In this document: positions 54,544 through 62,937 of the stretch, one piece after another
How the letters are laid out: every line of letters begins with the position of its first letter
How positions within the stretch are numbered: position 1 is the first letter of the stretch
Source: Leptolyngbyaceae cyanobacterium
Lineage (GTDB): Bacteria; Cyanobacteriota; Cyanobacteriia; Phormidesmidales; Phormidesmidaceae
Length of the DNA stretch: 64,000 nucleotides
Direction: 5' to 3'
Assembly: GCA_965263355.1 (NCBI GenBank)
Contig: CBDHHL010000046.1
Span: 98,554-162,553 of the forward strand
The notes under the pieces: generated by a model
The model's input: the letters and a program-made list of their open reading frames with translations, nothing else
The model's database searches: none
Told to the model about the DNA's origin: nothing
Made by a program: the position numbers and the translations under genes

Positions 54544-54972
54544 TCACAAATAAAAAGATAAAATCAACCACTGGATAAGCAGATGCCAAGTGTTGTCGAC
54601 CGCGAACAACACAAATATTGGTAAGAATCCAGTCTCCTTGGGCGGACCTTCCCGACAATCTTTTGTCCCAAAAAGATTAACAAATCGAATCCAATATCTA
54701 GCCAACCGAAATCGGTCTATCAGAAAGTGTGTGGCAAATATCAAAGCCATAGGCTCCCACAAAAAAGATGAGTAAAAAACCAAAACGTAGGCCAGCGTGT
54801 AAGTGGTTGCATGCACTAAACACGGCCAGGTGCTTGAGGTTTTCTTAGACGCCATCCAATGATTTTGGAAGAGGTAATCGCCCATAAGATGGGCAATTAT
54901 AACTGCCCCAGCTATCTCTATATTCAACATCGACATTTGTCGTATAGACATGAAACGCCCTTTGGACCACAA
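54544..54972 (-). CDS. DUF3307-family membrane protein
   Basis: AHLMGDYLFQNHWMASKK, CLVH, THFLIDRF, VDNTWHL. Confidence 0.85.
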   Translation of the reverse strand: MWSKGRFMSIRQMSMLNIEIAGAVIIAHLMGDYLFQNHWMASKKTSSTWPCLVHATTYTLAYVLVFYSSFLWEPMALIFATHFLIDRFRLARYWIRFVNLFGTKDCREGPPKETGFLPIFVLFAVDNTWHLLIQWLILSFYL

Positions 54973-55188
54973 AAAAGCGTGAGAATCTTATTCTACCTCA
55001 AAGATAGCTTGGCTGGCCTGTACTGGCGCCATTTCGCTTACACCATAGAGACAGTTTTTATCATCAAAGAAAAATATGGAAAAACCGTCTCTGTTATTGT
55101 TGGTGGCACTTTGCAAGAGGCACTCGATGAGGGTGCTAGGCAACTTGCCGCACCCAAGAAGAACTTGACCTATGAAAAAGTCGTTCTT

Positions 55189-55653
55189 CTAAAGAGAGCC
55201 TCCAGGCCTTCTTAGACCCTCTTTTGAGGGTGCAGCCTGAATCGATTGCTCTGCATTCCACCGACGCATAATTTCAACCCCATCAAAATCTTCTGGCAGC
55301 CCATCAAAAACTCGCTCTTCATAATACTCGCAAGCTAACAAAGTGGGCTGCTCGTCCTTGCAATAAATATCATAGATAACCTCTCGCGTGAAATCCGACG
55401 GAGCTATGTAAACTTCGCCTGGTGCCTCTTTGAAATGCTTTATTAACTGGGCTGCTAAGCAACCACCGCCGACAGCATGCCGATTTAGTTCTGTGGCTTT
55501 TTTTCGATCAGGCAAAATATCGTCGAAGCCCACTAGGAAGTCCGCAAGAGATTGCCCAAATTGACTGGGTTGTCCTCCGCTATGTTTGTAAATTGTTACC
55601 AAGTGGTGGTTTGAGGTTTTGTCATGCACGCGGATAACACAGCTTGTTGCCAT
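55189..55653 (-). CDS. Conserved phage hypothetical protein
   Basis: MATSCVI...IYKHSGGQP...GCLAAQLIKHFK. Confidence 0.7.
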   Translation of the reverse strand: MATSCVIRVHDKTSNHHLVTIYKHSGGQPSQFGQSLADFLVGFDDILPDRKKATELNRHAVGGGCLAAQLIKHFKEAPGEVYIAPSDFTREVIYDIYCKDEQPTLLACEYYEERVFDGLPEDFDGVEIMRRWNAEQSIQAAPSKEGLRRPGGSL

Positions 55654-55665
55654 ACAGACATCTAC

Positions 55666-55920
55666 TCAATAGGCTTCTTGTTGAGCAAGCCAATCTTGAA
55701 ACCGTTCTACATCCATATGCACCATGCCTTGATCTCTCATCTGCTGATGCACAATGGAGCCCCTGGCGGCTTTGCTCAAGATCTCTTGGGCATGACTGCA
55801 TGCTTGACACACAGCACTTTGCCTTGAAGTAAACTTTGTCTTGCAAACTCGACAACGTGCCAATTTCATTGCGGCCTTTTTAAGACTCAACGTGTATAAG
55901 TCAATACGCAATGCAGACAA
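55666..55920 (-). CDS. Zn-finger protein
   Basis: CRVC...CQAC. Confidence 0.55.
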   Translation of the reverse strand: MSALRIDLYTLSLKKAAMKLARCRVCKTKFTSRQSAVCQACSHAQEILSKAARGSIVHQQMRDQGMVHMDVERFQDWLAQQEAY

Positions 55921-56156
55921 CAGGAGAAAAAATGACCCGAACAGAGGAACCCATCAAAATTTGGGTAGTTTCAGGAGAGGGTTGGAACGGAGAATTTTTT
56001 CATTGCTTAGGAGCGTTTCGTCATGAGCCCGATCATAACGATACAGAAAAACTTCTCTTAGGCCTTAAAGAAGAAAATACAAGTTGGCAGGAAAATGACT
56101 CTGGTCTCTACGGAACACCTATTCGACAACTGCTTGTTTCAGTCCTTGTTGTTTAA
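55911..56156 (+). CDS. Hypothetical protein
   Basis: AGGAG SD before ATG 55932. Confidence 0.55.
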   Translation: MQTTGEKMTRTEEPIKIWVVSGEGWNGEFFHCLGAFRHEPDHNDTEKLLLGLKEENTSWQENDSGLYGTPIRQLLVSVLVV

Positions 56157-56538
56157 TGGGGAGCGCCTGAAGCCATATGACACCCTCATAGACCTCCCTT
56201 CTCAATATTCTAAAAGCCTCTTCGTCATTTTTACAGCCTACTCGTAATACTGGAACTGGGTCTGAACCCAACCAACCCGGCATTTTGTCCGGGTCTGGAA
56301 AATCTAACTCCTTAAAAAGGAATTCTTTACAATATTTTTTACTTCGATGTTCTGGAGTTGTTATTACTTTCCAAAAAGAGCGGTCGTACAAGGTCAGCCT
56401 CGTATCCAAAAACCATCGCTCTGCCTCCTCTTCACTGCAAAACTCTTTGATGCTTTGTTGGGCCATCTGTTGATGTTTGCTTAAAGTAATCTGATAACGC
56501 AGCATGTGAGAGAGAGAAAGGCATAAAAACCGTAACAT
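56119..56538 (-). CDS. Hypothetical protein
   Basis: ORF; start uncertain. Confidence 0.55.
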   Translation of the reverse strand: MLRFLCLSLSHMLRYQITLSKHQQMAQQSIKEFCSEEEAERWFLDTRLTLYDRSFWKVITTPEHRSKKYCKEFLFKELDFPDPDKMPGWLGSDPVPVLRVGCKNDEEAFRILRREVYEGVIWLQALPIKQQGLKQAVVE

Positions 56539-57013
56539 GAAAACTCAAATAAATTGGAGGAATGATGATCCTCGTGAATACTTTAAACGTGAAGATACAA
56601 AAATCGTTGTCGTCAGAAAGAGAGGAGAGGCAATAGAAGTCGCTACTGCCTTTGTTTTTCACCAACGTAGGCAAGTGCAAATGCGATTTCCCTTCGAAGG
56701 TTTAACTACTAGTAATACTCCGAAGGTCACCTCACTCACAAGCTGGCCCAAAGATACATACTGGCTTGAAGTTCCTATCCAAAACCTCCCCTGGAGGTTT
56801 CAAGACCCTAGAGAATACTATGTAACAAAACCGCTGCCCAGCCATCTGATAATTCACACAGGAGAATCTCATTATCCTGCTAGATTGGGCTCTTTTGACA
56901 ATAACGATTCTTTCAAACTACGAGTAACAACCAAGTTCATATCAGAAGGCGCCAGACTGTTACCAGTAAAACAACCATGGGGAGACAAGGGCTGGCTGCC
57001 TTTGGAGGTTTAA
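56537..57013 (+). CDS. Protein with two tandem WRxxDPREY modules
   Basis: WRNDDPREYF...YWLEV and WRFQDPREYY...WLPLEV. Confidence 0.7.
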   Translation: MKTQINWRNDDPREYFKREDTKIVVVRKRGEAIEVATAFVFHQRRQVQMRFPFEGLTTSNTPKVTSLTSWPKDTYWLEVPIQNLPWRFQDPREYYVTKPLPSHLIIHTGESHYPARLGSFDNNDSFKLRVTTKFISEGARLLPVKQPWGDKGWLPLEV

Positions 57014-57429
57014 TGTTTTTGGAAATCACACTCTGCATTAGTGGGCTTTTGCTCGGAGCAGGCTTTGCATACAATCGAGAAATTAAAGACTTTGTTAATA
57101 CTTGGTGGGCTGAGCAAGAAATTGAACAAATGCCGTTGCTAGTCGAGCAGAGCCTTGAAGAGAAAAACGGCAAAGTAACGACAGTTTTCTGTTCAGGCAG
57201 AGGCAATAAAATTCAACTCCAAGCCGTCCATGGCAGCACACATCGTAACTCCATTTCCACCAATGGGAGAAATTGTTCGATCTCCGTTGACCTCCCACCA
57301 GGGACTCAGCTTAAAATTAAAATGTCTGGAAGAAGCAACAAGGTCGTTGTTAAAGATTTACAAGTTATTGAGAACGTTCAACAGGGCCACTATAATACTG
57401 TTAAAGTACAAGGCAACCCATGGACGTAA
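57013..57429 (+). CDS. N-terminal TM protein with short beta repeats
   Basis: SGRGNKI / NGRNCSI / SGRSNKV / QGHYNTV. Confidence 0.65.
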   Translation: MFLEITLCISGLLLGAGFAYNREIKDFVNTWWAEQEIEQMPLLVEQSLEEKNGKVTTVFCSGRGNKIQLQAVHGSTHRNSISTNGRNCSISVDLPPGTQLKIKMSGRSNKVVVKDLQVIENVQQGHYNTVKVQGNPWT

Positions 57430-57794
57430 AAATTAGTTTAGAAGACCTAGCGTCACGTCACCCATCTGTAATAATCAAAGACTCTGACAGCCCGTACATT
57501 TTCAAACAAATCGCTGCTGGTATATTTCGATCTTGTCGGGAAGTGCGAGGAGTTTTAATCCCAACACACCTAGATATCGAAACAGATATCTGGACAGACA
57601 GGCCTCTAGGAAACTGTAGTCAAAAGGATGTGGAAACCTGGCTAGAAAGCGCAAATCTCTCAGGATTCTTTTCCCCTCGGGCAGATGAGGGCGCTGAAGC
57701 CTGGATACCCGTTGTAGTAAACTCTCGCTGCCTAAGCTTTCTAGAACCCTTTATAGGTAAAGAAGCTTTTTTAACATATCTCAACTCCGACTGA
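57420..57794 (+). CDS. Hypothetical protein
   Basis: GAEAWIPV...LTYLNSD. Confidence 0.65.
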   Translation: MDVKISLEDLASRHPSVIIKDSDSPYIFKQIAAGIFRSCREVRGVLIPTHLDIETDIWTDRPLGNCSQKDVETWLESANLSGFFSPRADEGAEAWIPVVVNSRCLSFLEPFIGKEAFLTYLNSD

Positions 57795-58086
57795 TCCGAA
57801 GAGTTCTTCGAACCCCTCTCCACTGAGAAAACAAGTCTGTAATCTTGGAAAAAGCTCGCGGCTCCATTTTGCTCTCAACCAAAGTCAACACACCTTGGTC
57901 GTAGTGCAGTACGACTACGAAAAAATTCGGGTTGTCTTTTCTAATCTCTATTCTTGATACGCAGATCAAATCCATCTCCACATCAGGCGTATTGTTGTCT
58001 TCGTGGTTAACGTGAAGAAACCCGTCTTCGCAGGTATAGGACATGGTCACAGCAAAGAGCTTGTTGCAACTCTCAAGAAAACGCAA
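57781..58086 (-). CDS. Hypothetical protein
   Basis: 101-aa ORF. Confidence 0.55.
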   Translation of the reverse strand: MRFLESCNKLFAVTMSYTCEDGFLHVNHEDNNTPDVEMDLICVSRIEIRKDNPNFFVVVLHYDQGVLTLVESKMEPRAFSKITDLFSQWRGVRRTLRISRS

Positions 58087-58091
58087 CTTTC

Positions 58092-58676
58092 CTATGACTC
58101 GGGAAGTGTATCATAAACATATTCCATAAAGTCATACACGTCGTTTGTGCCTCCAGAGAATCCAAGATCATCACTTTGTTGAGACACTCGTTTGACATCT
58201 TCCTTTGTAGTCATTCCATTTATTTTGGCCTCCAGACGAATCCTAGACAGGTTTTCCTCGTGGGCAGTCTCCAAGGCCTCCCGGCTAGGGAGCTTACTCG
58301 CCTTCAAATAGCTTTGAGCTGCGGCAGTCGGGACACCCGCCAATAGCCCATATAATGCACCTGTGGTCGAACCGCGAAAGCCAAGCTCCCTGAGAGCTCC
58401 TGGCTTCAATGGAGTTTTCATCACTTTCGATGTGACAAGAGCTGGAAGCACAGTACCCGCAGTCCCAAGCAGCGCACCCGCACCCATACCAAGAATGGGT
58501 GTTGATACACCTCGACCAAAACCAGCTAGTGCAGCTTCCTCTCTGTTGCCTGACATAGCACCAGCTGCGCCCGCACCGGCGCTAAGAAGGCCAGAGGCCC
58601 CCAAAAATGCAGGTAGGGTATAATTGGCTTCTTTTTCCTTCCAAGAAGCAATTAGATCTCGAGCAGTAATACTCAT
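58092..58676 (-). CDS. K-x-A-tag glycine-zipper protein
   Basis: MSITARDLIASWKEKEA; several GxxxG hydrophobic segments. Confidence 0.75.
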   Translation of the reverse strand: MSITARDLIASWKEKEANYTLPAFLGASGLLSAGAGAAGAMSGNREEAALAGFGRGVSTPILGMGAGALLGTAGTVLPALVTSKVMKTPLKPGALRELGFRGSTTGALYGLLAGVPTAAAQSYLKASKLPSREALETAHEENLSRIRLEAKINGMTTKEDVKRVSQQSDDLGFSGGTNDVYDFMEYVYDTLPES

Positions 58677-58781
58677 AAGCACAGATTAAACGGGTACTTT
58701 TATGTTAAAAACGAAAAACCACAAAAATGACCCCTAACTGCCATAATCTCAATTTATAAACCAAGTCAGGAAGGCAAATCC

Positions 58782-58949
58782 ATGAACAGAACCTTACTAT
58801 TACTACTACTACTACCTTTGACGGTTTCTTGCGTAACTTCAAGCAAAACAAGCATGGATGAAAAATGCTTAAAGTCGTGCCAAGACTTTAATAAACAATA
58901 TAACGATAACAACAACTGTAGGAGCATTTGCAGCCATGAGCTACCATAA
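58782..58949 (+). CDS. 55-aa Cys-rich lipoprotein (not in the ORF track)
   Basis: MNRTLLLLLLLPLTVSC lipobox; CLKSC...CRSIC. Confidence 0.65.
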   Translation: MNRTLLLLLLLPLTVSCVTSSKTSMDEKCLKSCQDFNKQYNDNNNCRSICSHELP

Positions 58950-59274
58950 TACAGTTCGTTTTGGCTTCGCTGCTATCATTACCTCCGAAATAGAAGAAAA
59001 GAGTTCCAATGACCTAGGCTCCGGAAAAATCCTGAAAGATGAGTTCGCTTTAACACACGCTGGGGACGAATGTTTAGGCATTGGTCTCAAAAAACTCCTA
59101 GTATGGGAGGAATCAGTACAACTGGTCAATCACGAATTTACCCTCATGACCAGCTCAGAAACGTTAGGGATAGACGCATCTCTGCGCGATGCACTAATCT
59201 CAGAGGCTAAGAGATTAGAAATCGAGATCGATCAAGAATCAATTGGTTGGGCTGTTTGGGGTCATATCGGTTAA
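58936..59274 (+). CDS. Hypothetical protein
   Basis: AGGAG SD. Confidence 0.65.
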   Translation: MSYHNTVRFGFAAIITSEIEEKSSNDLGSGKILKDEFALTHAGDECLGIGLKKLLVWEESVQLVNHEFTLMTSSETLGIDASLRDALISEAKRLEIEIDQESIGWAVWGHIG

Positions 59275-59283
59275 TCGCAGTCT

Positions 59284-59312
59284 TGAAACTTTCTCCCTAT
59301 TGTGGGGATAAG
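59284..59312 (+). promoter_or_regulatory. Class-A promoter TGAAA-N19-ATAAG
   Basis: Exact match; ATG 6 nt downstream. Confidence 0.8.
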
Positions 59313-59318
59313 AGTTTC

Positions 59319-59819
59319 ATGACACCTAACAACCCACTGGTAATACTAGTTACCGGAACTCCTACCTCTAGTACTATCTACGTTCAAAATGTGGTCCCTT
59401 TTCTCAAGAAGAGCCTGGTCATGGACTTCAACGCTGCGGGTTCCTCACCTGGGGCGTTTGTCTCAGAACCCATAGAAAAACTCAGAGACAACATGGAGAT
59501 GTTTTCGGGGGAAGCGGGGGCAACCGTCCACTGCGGAAGTAACTATCATGTTATCTACGCTACACAAAGAGTAGACCTCGACACAAAGCTAGCAGAGAAA
59601 CTGAACCAATGGTTACCAAATGAAGACTTCTTATTCTTAGAAGCAGCTGAGAGGGCTTGTTGGTTTTTGGACAACCTCAGCCGGGTTGATGTTGTAATAA
59701 ATACGAGAAGCATCGTCGAATTCTGTCCCAATAGAACAGAAGAAGCCCAAAGATACTGGAAAATACAAGCTGCCGTAATAAGACACAAGAGAAATAACCT
59801 AAACTTAGAAATCATCTGA
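59319..59819 (+). CDS. Hypothetical protein (leaderless; start reassigned)
   Basis: MTPNNPLVILVTG... Confidence 0.7.
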   Translation: MTPNNPLVILVTGTPTSSTIYVQNVVPFLKKSLVMDFNAAGSSPGAFVSEPIEKLRDNMEMFSGEAGATVHCGSNYHVIYATQRVDLDTKLAEKLNQWLPNEDFLFLEAAERACWFLDNLSRVDVVINTRSIVEFCPNRTEEAQRYWKIQAAVIRHKRNNLNLEII

Positions 59820-59825
59820 TCGGGC

Positions 59826-59858
59826 GGGAGGCTTTTAATGCCTCCTTGTTCTTTAGCC
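59826..59858 (+). terminator. Hairpin plus TTTAGCC
   Basis: GGAGGC/GCCTCC stem. Confidence 0.7.
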
Positions 59859-59887
59859 TCTAAACTGTATAGTCTCGTAAGGGAAAA

Positions 59888-60238
59888 ATGCTTGTGAAGT
59901 ACCAACCTGGTTATGTTCCAAGATCTACCCTAACAGGACGAAGACTACCCTATGAAAAAGGTTCAGAGTCTCCTGAAGTGTCTTATAAGAGGCATAAGAG
60001 AGTCATTGAGGTTCACAAATCAGGAGATAGGATCCTCATTCGACAGTGCGAACTATGGATACTTAGCAACAACTTTTCTGCTAAGCCAATATACCTATCC
60101 GAAAAGGAGGCTGATGCTTTGAGGAAGAAATTATTAGAGCTTCTTCAAGCACAAAAGGACGAAATAATCCAATTTGGCTACCTTCTCTTTACAGTATTCG
60201 TCATCTTAGGGATATATTATGCATGCTCTAACCTTTAA
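59888..60238 (+). CDS. C-terminal TM protein
   Basis: 116-aa ORF. Confidence 0.6.
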   Translation: MLVKYQPGYVPRSTLTGRRLPYEKGSESPEVSYKRHKRVIEVHKSGDRILIRQCELWILSNNFSAKPIYLSEKEADALRKKLLELLQAQKDEIIQFGYLLFTVFVILGIYYACSNL

Positions 60239-60464
60239 AGAAAAACTCCAAATATTGCTGGAGCAGTTACAAGAAAATGGGGACCCTGCAACAACTCGGT
60301 TGGTTCTCATGGAGCTGTTAAAAGAGTCCGTGGGACCTATCGACATAGTTTGTGAAGACTGTGAAGACAAAACAGTAAAAAACAAGAGGACCCTGAATCT
60401 CCCGCACTGGTGCCCAAACTGCGAAGAGATGACCTATTCAAAACTCATCCCCAAAAAACAATGA
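60219..60464 (+). CDS. Zn-ribbon protein
   Basis: CEDC...CPNC. Confidence 0.6.
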   Translation: MHALTFKEKLQILLEQLQENGDPATTRLVLMELLKESVGPIDIVCEDCEDKTVKNKRTLNLPHWCPNCEEMTYSKLIPKKQ

Positions 60465-60787
60465 ACGTAAAAGAGATTGATTGCCTGATTTGTAACAGGG
60501 CTACAAGCTGCCCCAGTTGCGGCTCCATCTTAAAGTCGCGCCTAACACATTACAGGAATATTTATAGGGAAAGCGGAGAAACTCAAGAACATGTCAAGCA
60601 CCAAGTCTGCCCGAATAGAAAGTGCCATCTATTCGGGTTTGATTACTGTTCTATCAACTACAGCCCAATAACACCTAGCCTATTTAAATTGGAAGACCTC
60701 GCCAGGATACTGGCTGAGAAAGAGGCTGAAGGAGCTCAATCCCTTTCTTTAGAGGAGCTAATCAGGAATTTTTCTAGGCGCTCTTGA
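60461..60787 (+). CDS. Cys-rich Zn-binding protein
   Basis: CLIC, CPSC, CPNRKC; ATGA overlap with the upstream gene. Confidence 0.6.
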   Translation: MNVKEIDCLICNRATSCPSCGSILKSRLTHYRNIYRESGETQEHVKHQVCPNRKCHLFGFDYCSINYSPITPSLFKLEDLARILAEKEAEGAQSLSLEELIRNFSRRS

Positions 60788-61155
60788 ACATCAGTTGCTG
60801 TATGTTGATCCCATTCATCGGCTTGTTCCACCTCAGGAATGTCGAACAGCCTCCAACGTTGTAATGGGTAATGTTGGGATATCTGCCCGGTTGGTAGATG
60901 TGCTTGAACAATAAAATAGTCCCCACCGAAACAAAATTCTCCAGAGTTATGCCGCAGACTCTTAATAACTCGGAATTTATCTTTTAAAGCATTGAATGCT
61001 AAAGCGTTATATAACGCCCTACACTCGTAGAGCTCCGTAAAGGTATGGAATCCATCACAATCGCATGGGGCCCCATAGAACGTGGCACACCCAGGGGCGT
61101 GGTCTTTAATAACAGTCACAATAGGCCTATATTCTGAAACTGGATTACTGTCCAC
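60736..61155 (-). CDS. WDGH-domain-like phage protein
   Basis: DGFHTFTELY, LPTGQISQHY, EWDQHT. Confidence 0.75.
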   Translation of the reverse strand: MDSNPVSEYRPIVTVIKDHAPGCATFYGAPCDCDGFHTFTELYECRALYNALAFNALKDKFRVIKSLRHNSGEFCFGGDYFIVQAHLPTGQISQHYPLQRWRLFDIPEVEQADEWDQHTATDVQERLEKFLISSSKERD

Positions 61156-61205
61156 AACAGTAAATTACTCTCCCAAACATGACTCCAAAATGGTAGTAGC
61201 AGCGC

Positions 61206-61583
61206 ATGGATGATATTACCTTTATAGTACAAGATTACGTTATACAGGTCTCATTCAGGGCTCTATTGAAGGAAAATGTACCCTACACGTTTTTCTCAGG
61301 CCCTATTTTTAATCACAGGGACTTTATTTCAGAATCTAGCAGGATTGTGCAAGACCTCATCAAGGGGGGACGAACTGAAGAACTCTCCTTCGAAGTTCAC
61401 CTGAGCACGGCTAAAGAACCTTCAATAGAAGGGAATTTTGGGGGCTCCATCAAAGACTTTCCTGCCTGCATAAGGGAATTGCAAGAAAAAGAGCCTGACT
61501 TTGAAGTGCCAGCCGTTTTATCCCAGCAAATTTGGGAAAAGTTTCAAGAAACGACACAAAACTTTTACAAAAACCAAAGGTAA
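61206..61583 (+). CDS. Hypothetical protein
   Basis: 125-aa ORF. Confidence 0.6.
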   Translation: MDDITFIVQDYVIQVSFRALLKENVPYTFFSGPIFNHRDFISESSRIVQDLIKGGRTEELSFEVHLSTAKEPSIEGNFGGSIKDFPACIRELQEKEPDFEVPAVLSQQIWEKFQETTQNFYKNQR

Positions 61584-61602
61584 ACTGAGATAGGTTGTCT
61601 GA

Positions 61603-61950
61603 GTGGAATGCTGGGTAGTTCGCCTAAATGTTAAAGGGGTGAGAGACAAATCTATATCTGGGATTATCATCTCAGAACAAATTGCCATTTCAAACTTCTC
61701 AAACGATGAGGAAACAACAAGCAACATACTCAAAGCTCTGGTCGCAGAGTGGGCAGTGAAGCAACAGGTTGTACTGAATTTCTTAGAAGAAAACTGCTCC
61801 AAGCAGTTGCTTCAAATCTTCGAGGAATTACCTGAAACAAGTGATGCTGCATATTTGGAAGCGCTTTTGCACAGCCACGTCAAGACATTGTGCTCGATTT
61901 ACACAATTCAAGATTTTACATACGTTGAAAAATGTGAAGTGCCCATCTGA
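61603..61950 (+). CDS. Hypothetical protein
   Basis: 115-aa ORF. Confidence 0.6.
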   Translation: MECWVVRLNVKGVRDKSISGIIISEQIAISNFSNDEETTSNILKALVAEWAVKQQVVLNFLEENCSKQLLQIFEELPETSDAAYLEALLHSHVKTLCSIYTIQDFTYVEKCEVPI

Positions 61951-61988
61951 GTTTGTTTCATCGCCAGCAAGGCGTATAAAACATCTCT

Positions 61989-62573
61989 ATGAGCAGTCCT
62001 TTCATCGTTGCTGTCCAAGGGGCAAGGTCCACTTCATCCTGTGCTGAATTAGCCATTAGATGTGGAGAAGTCCTGGTTGTAGACCTTCATGGCAACGGAA
62101 TACTAAGCCTAGCCTCAGACCATTCTGACGTATTCGCACCAGATATCAAAAACGTCTTCTTCAACAACAAAAAACTTTTGCGACAGATAGTGCATGCAAA
62201 AAACTTTTCGGTAATTCCTGGCACAAAGAATCTATCCAATTTGGAGCTTCATAGCCTCCAAGGCAATATTTTCGACCCACTAAAACAAGTAAGTTTTGAT
62301 GTTGTCCTTTTCGATTTGGGCGGGGTTAAGGGAAAGCTCCAGGACTCAATAGCATTCAAGAGAGTCGTTAATACAACGCTTTCGTACAAAAACCTGGTCA
62401 TTCCCCCAAACCCCCCCTCTCGCTTAATACCTTCATTAGAAATTAGAAAGATGAGCGAGCAACAACAAAGAATATACAACCCCTATTTAGAGTTCTGGGA
62501 ACTTAGAGCCAAAGAATTATTAGACCTAAGAACAAAGACTAACTCAGGTACTGTTCAATATATTGGATCGTAG
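61989..62573 (+). CDS. Degenerate ParA/Soj-like protein
   Basis: VLVVDLHGNG, NFSVIPG..NL, FDVVLFDLGG; the Walker A region is degenerate (QGARSTSS). Confidence 0.55.
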   Translation: MSSPFIVAVQGARSTSSCAELAIRCGEVLVVDLHGNGILSLASDHSDVFAPDIKNVFFNNKKLLRQIVHAKNFSVIPGTKNLSNLELHSLQGNIFDPLKQVSFDVVLFDLGGVKGKLQDSIAFKRVVNTTLSYKNLVIPPNPPSRLIPSLEIRKMSEQQQRIYNPYLEFWELRAKELLDLRTKTNSGTVQYIGS

Positions 62574-62784
62574 ATCCTAAAGTTCGATATTCCTCAAAAT
62601 CCTCTTCTGACATGGAAATCCCAAACAAACTTTCTATAGCCTGCCCAATAACTTCTTGGTCGATGGGATCAGCACCTAGATCTTCCCAGGTTGTGTTTAA
62701 GGTGAGGTCCTCCTCCCGAATCCCTAAAACCTCCCAAATAATATCCTCTAGTTGAGATTGTATAGAATCGCGCTCTTTTGTCAC
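62539..62784 (-). CDS. Acyl-carrier-protein homolog lacking the phosphopantetheine Ser
   Basis: IIWEVLGI..EDL...TWEDLGADPID...AIESLFGISMSEEDFEEYRTLG..IQYI. Confidence 0.8.
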   Translation of the reverse strand: MTKERDSIQSQLEDIIWEVLGIREEDLTLNTTWEDLGADPIDQEVIGQAIESLFGISMSEEDFEEYRTLGSTIQYIEQYLS

Positions 62785-62937
62785 AAAAACACTTTAACGG
62801 CTTTCACCCACCACCCAAAGCTGATATAGACCAAACCAGCCAGAGAGCTAACGTCATACCTCAACCGTCAAGTCCTGAGCCTATATTGATGTCTATGCTC
62901 TCTGGCGTTTTCTCCCCCTGTCAGCTATTAAACCCAC

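Noticed and set aside
12617..59312. ATAAG read as a Shine-Dalgarno fragment (TAAG of TAAGGAGG)
   Set aside because: It is locked 19 nt downstream of TGAAA and also precedes units with no start codon, which fits a promoter -10 box better. A dual role is not excluded.
12833..59858. Hairpin-TTAGC elements as integron attC sites
   Set aside because: No GTTRRRY/RYYYAAC core pair, short stems, and no integrase in the window.
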